Of a DNA stretch of 44,497 nucleotides, positions 7,992-17,369 are shown piece by piece (positions within the stretch are counted from its first letter, which is position 1; every line of letters begins with the position of its first letter). The DNA is from a virus (Duplodnaviria; Caudoviricetes), in the IMG/VR virus record IMGVR_UViG_3300022307_000004, positions 1-44,497 of that record; one strand, 5' to 3'. The position numbers and the translations under genes were made by a program. A model generated the notes under the pieces. That model worked only from the letters and a program-made list of their open reading frames with translations. It had not been told where the DNA came from and searched no databases.

Positions 7992-9959
7992 ATGCCTAAT
8001 ATCTTACAGGGAAATACTTCGGGCCAGGCGCCTATTTTTAATGAGGACTTGAAGTATGAGTATCCTAACAACTTGCGCCTAAAACCTGGGTCAAAACTTC
8101 ATAAGAAATTGGTTAAGGAAATCCTTCAAAGGGCTTCTGAAAGTGCTACTATGATGAGTCAGCGTTTTCATACTTGGCGGAAGATGGATGAGATCATGAC
8201 TACTTTCATCGAGCTTGATGATGAAGAGAAGAATGTTAAGGATGCGGACCCTCGAAAACCAGTTTCAATAGTGTTTCCTTACTCCTATGCTATTATGGAG
8301 ACTATCCTAGCTTACATGGTTGCCGCCTTTTTTCAAGAACCTATCTTTCGCTATGAGGGGAATGGTCCTGATGATACCATCGGGGCTATAATGCTTGAGA
8401 AGGTAGTTAATACTCATGTGATTAAGTCCAAAGTCCCTGTTAATCTTCACACCTTTTTTCGTGATTCCTTCATTTACGGGGTGGGAATTTGTGCCCCTGT
8501 ATGGCGAGTCAAAACGGGTAAGAAAACTATTCGAAGGGCTCAGACAAGGTTTAGCAAACTGTTGTCAGCTTTAAGGGATACTGGGAAGTTTGAAAAGGCT
8601 ACGGAAAAAGCTATCTTGTTTGAAGGTAATGCTCTTGACAACATTGATCCTTATAAATACCTTCCCGATACTAATGTTCCTATTCATGAGGTTCAGAATG
8701 GGGAGTATGTTGGTTGGGTTGAGGAGACAAACTTACAACGACTCAGGGCTGATGAAGCTACTGATTCAGATACCTTCAATGTTGAGTATTTGAAAGCTGT
8801 CAAAGGCCGCCGAACCTCCATTTATAATTCAGATGATAGCGGTAGGAATAAGAAAAGTAGGGTCAGCCCCCTCAGTGATGGCTCAAATACTACTAACCCT
8901 GTTGATGTTATTCACATGTATGTTGATCTTATTCCTAAGGAATGGGGGCTGGGTGTTGGTGAGGAACCTGAGAAGTGGGTATTCGCACTTGCTGGTGACG
9001 CTGTTATAATCAAGGCTTCTCCAACAAGTCTTGATCATGGTATGTTTCCAGTTGTTGTTGCGGCTCCTGATACTGATGGTTATTCAAGTATTCCCATTAG
9101 TCGGTTGGAAATTCTCAGCGGCCTCCAGGGTGTTCTTGACTGGCTTTTCAACTCTCACATTGCGAATGTGAGGAAGTCTATCAACGATATGTTTTTAATT
9201 GATCCCTACTCGGTCAACATTAATGATGTTAAGAATCCTAGTGAAGGGAAACTTATCAGAACTCGTCGGCCTATTTGGGGCAAGGGTGTTAAGGATGTCA
9301 TGGCACAGTTGCCAGTAACTGACATCACACGTGCGAATATTTCTGATACTTCCTTCATTGTTAATTGGATGCAGAAGATTGGTGCTTCTGATGATTCTAT
9401 TATGGGGAGTGTTCGTCAGGGTGGTCCAGAACGTCTCCCAAGTGCGGAAGCTCAGGGAGCTATGCAAGGAGCTTCCAATCGACTTCAAAGAATTGCTATG
9501 CTTATAAGTTTTCAAGCCATGCAGGATATAGGATACTTGTTCGCTAGCCATACTCAGCAGTTGATGAGCCAGGAAGTTTATGTAAAAACTGTTGGGGAGA
9601 CTCAAGATAGAATTTTAAAAGAATTCGGTGCTGAGTCTGAGGATCGTCATAAGGTTACTCCCTTTGACCTGCTTGTTGATTATGATGTGCTTGTAAGAGA
9701 TGGGTCAATTCCTGGGAGCAACTTTTCTAGTCACTGGCTTGAGTTGTTCAGAATTATTGCAGGTGATGAGGAGCTTCGTCAAAAGTTTGACATTGCACGA
9801 ATCTTCAAGCATATTGCCAGAAACCTAAATGCCAAGAATGTTGATGAGTTTGAGGTGAGGGTTGTTCCTGATGAGCAGGTTAGAACCATGATGGCTAATA
9901 ATCAAGTACAGCCAGTACCTAGGGAGGGTTCCGAGAATGGTATCAGCGCAGCAGCTTAA
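7992..9959 (+). CDS. portal protein (podovirus type)
   Basis: 655 aa, lies between TerL and scaffold; SFIYGVGI, N..I.N....IN and .AE..G.MQG...RL patterns. Confidence 0.85.
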   Translation: MPNILQGNTSGQAPIFNEDLKYEYPNNLRLKPGSKLHKKLVKEILQRASESATMMSQRFHTWRKMDEIMTTFIELDDEEKNVKDADPRKPVSIVFPYSYAIMETILAYMVAAFFQEPIFRYEGNGPDDTIGAIMLEKVVNTHVIKSKVPVNLHTFFRDSFIYGVGICAPVWRVKTGKKTIRRAQTRFSKLLSALRDTGKFEKATEKAILFEGNALDNIDPYKYLPDTNVPIHEVQNGEYVGWVEETNLQRLRADEATDSDTFNVEYLKAVKGRRTSIYNSDDSGRNKKSRVSPLSDGSNTTNPVDVIHMYVDLIPKEWGLGVGEEPEKWVFALAGDAVIIKASPTSLDHGMFPVVVAAPDTDGYSSIPISRLEILSGLQGVLDWLFNSHIANVRKSINDMFLIDPYSVNINDVKNPSEGKLIRTRRPIWGKGVKDVMAQLPVTDITRANISDTSFIVNWMQKIGASDDSIMGSVRQGGPERLPSAEAQGAMQGASNRLQRIAMLISFQAMQDIGYLFASHTQQLMSQEVYVKTVGETQDRILKEFGAESEDRHKVTPFDLLVDYDVLVRDGSIPGSNFSSHWLELFRIIAGDEELRQKFDIARIFKHIARNLNAKNVDEFEVRVVPDEQVRTMMANNQVQPVPREGSENGISAAA

Positions 9960-10182
9960 GGATTTTTATGAAAATTCTGAAATCTGGAAAGCAATTAAAG
10001 ATGAACTTGACCTCTGGATTGATGATATACACATGGCCAATGAAGACCCTGACTTAAATATTGTGGAGACTTCTGCACTTCGCGGAAGTATTAGCGCCTT
10101 GAGAAAGGTGAGAAGAGCTCCTTTGATCATGAGTGAGAATTTGGAGCAATACGAAGAGGGTGATGATGATGGTAGGAAATGA
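9937..10182 (+). CDS. small head-assembly protein following portal
   Basis: GGAGG SD; ..W....EL...LRG.I.AL pattern common between portal and scaffold genes. Confidence 0.65.
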   Translation: MVSAQQLKDFYENSEIWKAIKDELDLWIDDIHMANEDPDLNIVETSALRGSISALRKVRRAPLIMSENLEQYEEGDDDGRK

Positions 10183-11062
10183 GAGTTTTGAAGAACTACT
10201 TGGTGATGGTTGGCCTGAAAGTGATGAGGCAGAGGAGAATCAGGAGGACCAGAATTCTGACAATCCTGAGACTGAAAATGCTTCTAACCATTCTGCTGAC
10301 GAAGGTTCTGAGGAGGCTGAAAATGACCAAGAAGGAGCGGAGGATCAAGAATCAGCAGAAGAAGAGGAAACAGGTGGTCCTAAAGCTTCGGAAAATCAAG
10401 AGGGAGCGGCAGAAAACTCTGGAGAAGCTGAGGAGTCTTTAACTTCTCTGAGAGAGCAAAATAAACTACTTCTTGAAAGAATTGAAAAACTCTCAGGAAC
10501 TTCTGCTGGTAGTGAAAGTTCTTCTTCTGCGGAAGCTGCGGCGGCTCCAGCTGGTAAGGAATCTTCTAAGGAGGTTAAGGGGATTCTTGAAGAACTTGGT
10601 GTTGATGATATTAATGATGTTATTGGGGATAAGGACAACTTTGAAACTGTCCTCAATGCTGTAGTTGTTAGGGCTCAGGAACGAGCAGTTGAAAGGGTTC
10701 TTGAGCAAATCCCTCAAATAGTATCGAAAAATGTTCGGCAGACAATGACTACCAAACAATTAGTAGATGTTTTTTATGAGGAGAATCAAGACTTGACCAC
10801 TGTCAAGCAAACAGTAGCACTTGTAGCAAACGAGGTCTATGCCGAGAATCCTGGATGGGAATTAGGCAAGGTTTTTCATGAGGCTGGGGTTCGGACGAGA
10901 AAGCTTCTGGGGATGCGTGAGGCTGCTATGGCTAGTGCGGAGAATTCTGCTTCTGCCAGTACTAAAACCCCATCGTTTGCGAAAACTAAGACGGGGACTA
11001 AGGGTAAACCAAAGCCTCAGTTAAGTAAACTTCAATCTGATATTAATGATCTTATTCTTTAA
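10169..11062 (+). CDS. capsid scaffolding protein
   Basis: Highly acidic disordered N-terminus, coiled coil, basic C-terminus, immediately upstream of the MCP; GAGGGTG SD. Confidence 0.8.
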   Translation: MVGNESFEELLGDGWPESDEAEENQEDQNSDNPETENASNHSADEGSEEAENDQEGAEDQESAEEEETGGPKASENQEGAAENSGEAEESLTSLREQNKLLLERIEKLSGTSAGSESSSSAEAAAAPAGKESSKEVKGILEELGVDDINDVIGDKDNFETVLNAVVVRAQERAVERVLEQIPQIVSKNVRQTMTTKQLVDVFYEENQDLTTVKQTVALVANEVYAENPGWELGKVFHEAGVRTRKLLGMREAAMASAENSASASTKTPSFAKTKTGTKGKPKPQLSKLQSDINDLIL

Positions 11063-11096
11063 GGTCATTAATTCTTAAAACTGAAAGGACTTTATT

Positions 11097-12383
11097 ATGA
11101 GTATTGCATTTGTCGGGATGCGTGGAACTGGGTCTTGGTCCACTGATGAACGTCCCAAGAATTATCGCGAGACCATTCTGTTTCTCTACCCTAACGGTCG
11201 GGCACCACTGACTGCTCTGCTCAGCAAGATGCGTTCTGAGTCAACCGATGATCCGGATTTCAACTGGTGGACTCAGGCTCTGGCTGATCAGCGCGCAACG
11301 GTTACTGGTGTTTACACTGACGTCCTGTCAACTGCTTATGTGAGTGGCGCTTCTGCTGGTGACACCCTTTATATTAAGATGTCTGAGGATGATGCCAAAC
11401 AGTTCCGGGTAGGGCATCAAATCCTGCTGCGTGATGCCAGTGACTACACTGTTGATGTGAATGCTAAGGTTACCGCGTCCACCAAGAACGGTGCCAGTAG
11501 CTACCTGACCGTCACCTTACTTGAAGATGATGATAACTCATCTCTGGGTGATCTGAGTGATTGTGATACCTGTTTGGTAATTGGTAACATCAACGCTGAG
11601 GGCGCGACCATGCCGTCAGCTATCAGTTACGATCCGACCAAGTGGAACAACTACACTCAGATTTTCCGGACTCCTCTGAGCATCACCCGTACTGCTGCCA
11701 AAACCAGGTTGCGAACCAAGGATGCCAGAAAGAATGCCAAACGTGAGGCATTGGAAATCCACTCTATGGAAATGGAGAAGGCTTTCCTCTGGGGTATTAG
11801 GACTGAGGGTGTCGGCTCCAACGGTATGCCTGAGCGAACTACTGGAGGCTTGCTTAGTGCTGTCAAAACTTCCGGTACTGTAAGTGATCATTCAGTTGAT
11901 GCTGATGTGGATTCCGGTGGCACTTGGTTGACCAGTGGTGAGAACTGGCTTAACGAACAGCTTGAAATCATGTTCCGGTATGGGAACTCTGAGAAGCTGG
12001 CCTTTGTAGGTTCTGGAACTTTGCTGGCCATTCAGCAGCTTGTTCGGAACGGTGCGAACTACACCTTTAACCGGGAGAAAATCTACGGTTATGCGGTGGT
12101 TCAGTGGGAAACTCCTTTCGGCATCATCAACATGATGACTCATCCGCTGATGAGTTACGAGGTTACTAACCGTAACTCCATGGTCGTGTTTGAGCCACAG
12201 AACTTGAACTATCGTTACATTGACGATACCACGTTCTTTGGGGAGGCCGAGAAACAGAATACAGGTGCTGGTCGTACTGATGGTTATAACGAGGAGTTCC
12301 TGACTGAGGCCGGCCTTGAGTATCATCATCCTATTGGATGGGGTTACTTGAACGGCTTTGGAACTGCTCCGCCTCAGAGTTAA
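11097..12383 (+). CDS. major capsid protein (SU10/DUF5309-like HK97 fold)
   Basis: NYTQIFRTP...T.TA, E.EKAFLWG...RTTGG and E.GLE motifs; biased codon usage; followed by a terminator. Confidence 0.9.
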   Translation: MSIAFVGMRGTGSWSTDERPKNYRETILFLYPNGRAPLTALLSKMRSESTDDPDFNWWTQALADQRATVTGVYTDVLSTAYVSGASAGDTLYIKMSEDDAKQFRVGHQILLRDASDYTVDVNAKVTASTKNGASSYLTVTLLEDDDNSSLGDLSDCDTCLVIGNINAEGATMPSAISYDPTKWNNYTQIFRTPLSITRTAAKTRLRTKDARKNAKREALEIHSMEMEKAFLWGIRTEGVGSNGMPERTTGGLLSAVKTSGTVSDHSVDADVDSGGTWLTSGENWLNEQLEIMFRYGNSEKLAFVGSGTLLAIQQLVRNGANYTFNREKIYGYAVVQWETPFGIINMMTHPLMSYEVTNRNSMVVFEPQNLNYRYIDDTTFFGEAEKQNTGAGRTDGYNEEFLTEAGLEYHHPIGWGYLNGFGTAPPQS

Positions 12384-12401
12384 TTAGTTAATGGCTGACA
12401 G

Positions 12402-12426
12402 AGGAGGCCTATTAAGGCCTCCTTTA
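12402..12426 (+). terminator. terminator-like hairpin after MCP
   Basis: AGGAGGCCT-ATTA-AGGCCTCCT-TT with a short U tail. Confidence 0.7.
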
Positions 12427-12429
12427 AGC

Positions 12430-12454
12430 CCTTTGGAAAAATTTTAACCATAGG
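12430..12454. repeat. 25-bp dispersed palindrome, copy 4 (overlaps adaptor SD)
   Basis: CCTTTGG-AAAAATTTTAA-CCATAGG. Confidence 0.95.
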
Positions 12455-12461
12455 AAGTAGT

Positions 12462-13190
12462 ATGAACCTGAAAGAAGTTAGAACACAATTAATAAAGCTT
12501 AGCGGAATTCCTGATTTAGAGGATGAAGATGGTCTTGATAATGGTGGTAACTTCTACATTAATGAGGGAAGTCGTTATCTAGATCAGAAATCTTCTGACC
12601 TTCTGGGTAATTCTCGAACATCAGTTTTTAAAACTTTGGCTATAGGTTCCTATTATACAATTTTTGAAAACTGTCGATCAGTATTGGAGGTGTGGATTCA
12701 TACTGATACAGGAGTTACTCGGCTTGTCAAGGCTGATTATAGTGAGCTTAAAGCTTATTATGGTGAGAAAATTTCTGATCTGGATAAGGGCACTCCAGCT
12801 TATTATGCCCTTGTGCACTTAAGATTTGAACCTAACTATGATGATCAGACTGTCAGTGAAAAACTGGCTTCTGCTTTTGCTGATGTAGTTGTTAGTGACT
12901 CAGTTGACTATAACGCAGTGTTGATCACTCCTCCACCGGATGAGGCAGTTCAACTTGAGATTGTCGGAAACTTTTATTCTCCAAAACTGACTGCTAATTC
13001 TTCAGTGAACTTTTGGTCAGCTCGTTATCCGGGGCTTTTGCTTAAAGCTGCTTTGATGGAGATTGAAGTTTATAATCGAAATACTCAGGGAGTTAAGGAT
13101 TGGGAAGCGGCTATTAATGCTGACTTTCTTGGGATTGATATGGATAGTGTTCTTGAACAAAATGCAGAAGTTGATGCACTTGAGGGATAA
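12462..13190 (+). CDS. head-tail adaptor protein
   Basis: FYINEG.RYL, G.P.YY, P.PD and N.W...YP.LLL.AAL pattern of podovirus adaptors; position after MCP. Confidence 0.75.
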   Translation: MNLKEVRTQLIKLSGIPDLEDEDGLDNGGNFYINEGSRYLDQKSSDLLGNSRTSVFKTLAIGSYYTIFENCRSVLEVWIHTDTGVTRLVKADYSELKAYYGEKISDLDKGTPAYYALVHLRFEPNYDDQTVSEKLASAFADVVVSDSVDYNAVLITPPPDEAVQLEIVGNFYSPKLTANSSVNFWSARYPGLLLKAALMEIEVYNRNTQGVKDWEAAINADFLGIDMDSVLEQNAEVDALEG

Positions 13191-13191
13191 T

Positions 13192-13698
13192 ATGGCTAGG
13201 AAGAATGTCTTTGTCGTTGGGAAAACAACTGAGGAAAAGTTTGGCAAGGTTGAGCAAACTCTTCAAAGATTTAGTCGGAGGTTATCTAAAACCATTATAG
13301 GTGTAATTCCTCCTACAATTATTCAAGGGTTCGCTCATGAACCTGATGAAGATGGGACTGTTTTCAGGGCGTTTATTCCTATTGGCGGCAAGCTTGCTGG
13401 TGGAGGACTTTATGTAGATTCTTATAGCACTAATCAGTTAGTAACTTTTTACTGTAATGTCATTAGTCCTGATGCCAGAAATGGTATGAAGTTAGTAACC
13501 AAGAAGCAATCTCAAGTCCTTAGTTTTGACTTCAACATTCCTGCCATGAGTAGGCTTGTTATTAAGGTGGATGATCCTAAGGCTGTGAAAGATGTCTGGG
13601 TTGGGATTGCCTTAATTATTGAGCCGTCAGAGCAGGAGACTAAGCAGTTCTTGATCTCAGAACTTGAAAAATCTTTTGATAGTGATTCCAATGCGTGA
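13192..13698 (+). CDS. hypothetical virion protein
   Basis: GAGG SD favours the start at 13192 (MARKNV). Confidence 0.7.
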   Translation: MARKNVFVVGKTTEEKFGKVEQTLQRFSRRLSKTIIGVIPPTIIQGFAHEPDEDGTVFRAFIPIGGKLAGGGLYVDSYSTNQLVTFYCNVISPDARNGMKLVTKKQSQVLSFDFNIPAMSRLVIKVDDPKAVKDVWVGIALIIEPSEQETKQFLISELEKSFDSDSNA

Positions 13699-14122
13699 AT
13701 TTGAGTATGACTTTAGCCTTGAGGGTCTGAACAAGGGCTTGAGGAACTTTAGTAATAATCCTCGAAACAATAAAGCCCTTGTAGAATGTCATAATGTAGG
13801 CCCCGGAAAGGGTGGTCCAGAGTTGCATGAGCCACTGACTGACCTAAATGCTGATGGTATTACTTGGGGTGGCGAGGGATTGGAAGATCAACCTTCCACC
13901 ACTCGAGATATTACTATTGTGGTTAAGGACTATGTCACTGAGGCAGAACTTCCTGATGCTCATGTGTATGTTGATGGAGTTGATGAAGGAGTTGCAGACT
14001 CAAATGGTGAGGTTAACATTACTGGAATTGAGCTTGGGGGACATTCTATAAGAATTACCTTAGCTGGATACCTAGATTCTGATGCTGATGATCTTCTTAA
14101 TGATTACTTTGTGGTAGTGTAA
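13691..14122 (+). CDS. virion protein: nozzle-like N-terminal segment fused to PEGA/Ig-like domain
   Basis: GLR.....RN...L.EC.N..P N-terminus; A.VYVDG...G.ADSNG.V.ITG...G.H.I.I...GY C-terminus. Confidence 0.55.
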   Translation: MREFEYDFSLEGLNKGLRNFSNNPRNNKALVECHNVGPGKGGPELHEPLTDLNADGITWGGEGLEDQPSTTRDITIVVKDYVTEAELPDAHVYVDGVDEGVADSNGEVNITGIELGGHSIRITLAGYLDSDADDLLNDYFVVV

Positions 14123-16108
14123 ATGGCTAACGATAAGTATACTTTTCGTATAAAGCAACCTGGATCAAGTTTCCCACCAGTTCCTTATCAGAACTTCCAG
14201 GTTTATATGAAAACTGTTGAGCAGGCTCCTCCAATTACTGCTACAGATACTATCGAACTTCCTATTCAACGCCCCGAGAATGGTATCCCAGTTTTCTTCG
14301 AACTTGATCCCAGTGTTGCCTGTTGTGACTCTGCAGGATATAATTTCTATTTTGGCTTTAACACTGATGTTATTGTTCCTGATGGAAGTGTTATAGTCTA
14401 TGTTCAAGGTGGATGCCCACCATATGACTGGGTAATTAAGGACTCCAAGCCTGGTTATTCCTTCGACAATGCTCAGACAACAGATCCATGGAACACTTTA
14501 AATGCGGCACTTGATGCTGAGGGTGGTGATGTTACTCTTGAAATAACTGATTCATGTAGTAATACTGTTACTGGAGTTATTCGAAACTATGGTATTACTC
14601 CAATAATCATTGATTCAATTCTCACGGCTCTTGAAGGTAATTTGGACGAGAATTATTTCACCACCTTATTCAATTCTCGTATTGATCAGATAGAGACTAA
14701 TGAAACTGATATTGTAAATGCTCAGACACTGCTCACTACTCATGATGAAACCCTTGGTTACCTCTCAGCTGAGTACTTTGTAAAGTTCGATGTTAATGGG
14801 TATATTAGTGGTTTCGGAATTGTTGGGCAGGAGGACTACACCGAGGCTGTTTTTTATGTAGACAAGTTTAGAATAACTTTTCCTACTAGCACGAGTGGTG
14901 AGTATACTGCTTGGAGTGATCTTGATACTTATGAGGCCGGGGAACTTGTTATATATTCTTCAGTTATTTACTCGGCAGATGTTTATATAAGTGCTGGCCA
15001 GGATGCTCCAGACATAAACTCTAACTGGTCTGTCTTTGATGTTGATAATCAAACACCTGTTAGCCCACTAATAATCGGTCGACTTGATGGCAGTCCTATT
15101 GTTGGAGTTAATGGGAATTTGGTGGTTGCAGGAAGTATTCTTGCTGAGAGTATAAATTCTGAAGAGATTTTCACTATGAATCTTCAAAGCGAGAATTATG
15201 TTGCAAGTACTAGCGGTTATAAACTTGATGCAGTGGCTGGAACTGCTGAGTTTAATGACATGACTGTTGTGTTCAATAGTCCCAGTAATATCAGAACACA
15301 ACTTAATGTTGCAGATGGTGCTGATGTGACCGCCATCAATACCGCCGCCGGAATTACTGGTCAAGGTTCCCTAGCCACAATCAATTCAGCAGACTGGGCC
15401 ACACAAGTATCTGGTACTGGTAAGCCTGCTGACAACGCAACGGATAATTCAACCTCTATCCCCTCTTCTGTCCAGCTCGACGGCACCGGCTCGGCCTTAT
15501 CCTTAATTGAGAGTAATGCATCCAGCGCCATGACTGCAGCAACAAATATGAGCGCTGATGGCATGTTTTCGGTACAGGAAAAGGCGACCTGGCGTGTGCA
15601 GTGGCCGGGCATGGACGCAAACTATACCAATGTGATTGCTCAGGCTACGGCCTGGGGCATTCAGGCGGAAACGGTATTTACCGACGTGGTGAGCAGTCGG
15701 AACACGCTATACAACTACCTAAACACAACCCATGATATATGGGCTGTGACACCAACCGACACCGCCATTAGCCCATCTGATCAGTTAATCTTGTATGTCG
15801 AGGATTATTACGACAAACTTCAACTCGCGGTTAACCGCCTGGTGGCTGCGAGTAATGAAAAGCTAACTGCGGATAATATTAAGAATGGCGCATCTTGGAC
15901 TACACTGCCTGCTGATAATGCCACAGACAACTCTGGGTGGGAATACTCGGGCGACACGTCCTATGTGGATGCATCAAAGATTCATCCGGACAGTAGTTTG
16001 TATGTCAGGTCTGCATCCACTGGTGAGCGCATGGAGCTCTCGAACAACTCCCTTAAGGTCTATGATTCTACTGGCACCCTAAGGGTTCAGTTAGGGTTAC
16101 TGTCATGA
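14123..16108 (+). CDS. tail fibre / lambda J-like host-specificity protein (DUF1983-like domain)
   Basis: YFVKFDVNGYISGFG...VDKFRI motif, CBM-like insert, C-terminal LKVYDSTGTLRVQLG.L typical of central-fibre C-termini. Confidence 0.75.
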   Translation: MANDKYTFRIKQPGSSFPPVPYQNFQVYMKTVEQAPPITATDTIELPIQRPENGIPVFFELDPSVACCDSAGYNFYFGFNTDVIVPDGSVIVYVQGGCPPYDWVIKDSKPGYSFDNAQTTDPWNTLNAALDAEGGDVTLEITDSCSNTVTGVIRNYGITPIIIDSILTALEGNLDENYFTTLFNSRIDQIETNETDIVNAQTLLTTHDETLGYLSAEYFVKFDVNGYISGFGIVGQEDYTEAVFYVDKFRITFPTSTSGEYTAWSDLDTYEAGELVIYSSVIYSADVYISAGQDAPDINSNWSVFDVDNQTPVSPLIIGRLDGSPIVGVNGNLVVAGSILAESINSEEIFTMNLQSENYVASTSGYKLDAVAGTAEFNDMTVVFNSPSNIRTQLNVADGADVTAINTAAGITGQGSLATINSADWATQVSGTGKPADNATDNSTSIPSSVQLDGTGSALSLIESNASSAMTAATNMSADGMFSVQEKATWRVQWPGMDANYTNVIAQATAWGIQAETVFTDVVSSRNTLYNYLNTTHDIWAVTPTDTAISPSDQLILYVEDYYDKLQLAVNRLVAASNEKLTADNIKNGASWTTLPADNATDNSGWEYSGDTSYVDASKIHPDSSLYVRSASTGERMELSNNSLKVYDSTGTLRVQLGLLS

Positions 16109-16392
16109 GTTATGGTTTTAAGATATATGATGCCAACGGCAATCTGGAGGTCAGCTCAGATGATATGGGCTACTGGTGGGTTGATACTATTTATCTGGCT
16201 AATGTAGCTGATGGTTCGCAAGCTTATCCTGAGTATGATGGTAGAGAATTTCGAGTATGGTTTGTCCGGCGGACCTCGATGGTAAACAAGTATGCATACA
16301 CTGTGACGGTTAATGGTTATACAGTTTATTGGACCAGGGATGATAATAACACAGTTAGTTTAACTGGCTGGATTATGATTTTCATTAAGTAG
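16105..16392 (+). CDS. small tail-tip accessory protein
   Basis: MSYG..IYDANG N-terminus typical of genes following J-like fibres. Confidence 0.7.
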   Translation: MSYGFKIYDANGNLEVSSDDMGYWWVDTIYLANVADGSQAYPEYDGREFRVWFVRRTSMVNKYAYTVTVNGYTVYWTRDDNNTVSLTGWIMIFIK

Positions 16393-16401
16393 GAGTCATT
16401 T

Positions 16402-17163
16402 GTGAGTTACGGAGTACTGTTCAATAGTAGTGCTGATGGAAGCGTTATACTTTCTGCTGAACAACAGTTAGCAGTTTTTCTCGGGAAAGGTGGGCTTAAA
16501 ACACAGTACTCAACGGACTACCAAGGCTACTGGACATACTGGACTACTGATCTCTATTGTCCAGTGGTAACGCGAGAGGATACCGGCACATATTCTGAGA
16601 TTGATATGTCAAAGCCTGATGTTGGTTTCTATGCGCTGCCAACCAGTTCTTCGAATCGTTTTTATATAGATGAGACTGATGCTGAATATCTTGACGGTAA
16701 TAATAAACTTCATTTTATGCATATTTTTTACGCGCTTACAAATGTCATGCCTGAAGTTTACTGGTTCAGGGGCGAAGTTTTTGCTACTGCAGGTTCAGAG
16801 AATTATGGGCTACGGTTGTTTGATGCTAGTAGTAATTTGATTTTTGATAATGGTCAGAAGTTTTTATATGTAAGGCAATTCGTCAGTATTAACATTGCTG
16901 ATGGTGGGTATTCTGATGTTATTGATTCTCGTATAACAAAACCCTGCATACTTCTGCGTCCTCCTTGGGTACAGATTGTTTATCCATCAATCCATAATGC
17001 TTCTTATGCTGATATGTATGTGCTCGGTGCTTATTTTAATACATCAGACAGGAGAATCTATCTGTCTAAAATGGTAAGAGTTTTGTCTGGTTATACTTCA
17101 AGTGATCTCCGGCACACGGGTACGTTAGTACTTCCAATAATTGATGGCGCACTTTATGATTAA
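16402..17163 (+). CDS. tail-tip / receptor-binding accessory protein
   Basis: MSYG start plus internal YGLRLFDAS...FD repeat; AGGAG SD with GTG start. Confidence 0.7.
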   Translation: MSYGVLFNSSADGSVILSAEQQLAVFLGKGGLKTQYSTDYQGYWTYWTTDLYCPVVTREDTGTYSEIDMSKPDVGFYALPTSSSNRFYIDETDAEYLDGNNKLHFMHIFYALTNVMPEVYWFRGEVFATAGSENYGLRLFDASSNLIFDNGQKFLYVRQFVSINIADGGYSDVIDSRITKPCILLRPPWVQIVYPSIHNASYADMYVLGAYFNTSDRRIYLSKMVRVLSGYTSSDLRHTGTLVLPIIDGALYD

Positions 17164-17165
17164 TT

Positions 17166-17190
17166 GCTATGGAAAAAATTTAACCAAAGG
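17166..17190. repeat. 25-bp dispersed palindrome, copy 5 (overlaps SD of ORF 17199)
   Basis: GCTATGG-AAAAAATTTAA-CCAAAGG. Confidence 0.9.
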
Positions 17191-17198
17191 AAAAAATT

Positions 17199-17369
17199 AT
17201 GCCTGAACTTAATATCAAGAACATTCAACGGGAACAAACTCTTACACATATAATAGCTGAACGAGATGTTACAATTCTCAACTTGATTCAAGAACTGTCG
17301 AATGAGCGCAGGAAGAATGAAAAACTTCGGGAGCAGATAGGTAAAGCTAATGACGATTCAAGCACTTGA
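17199..17369 (+). CDS. 56-aa coiled-coil protein (not in ORF track; possible fibre chaperone)
   Basis: AAGGA SD; MPELNIKNIQREQTLTHIIAERDVTILNLIQELSNERRKNEKLREQIGKANDDSST; fills the gap and overlaps the next start. Confidence 0.7.
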   Translation: MPELNIKNIQREQTLTHIIAERDVTILNLIQELSNERRKNEKLREQIGKANDDSST

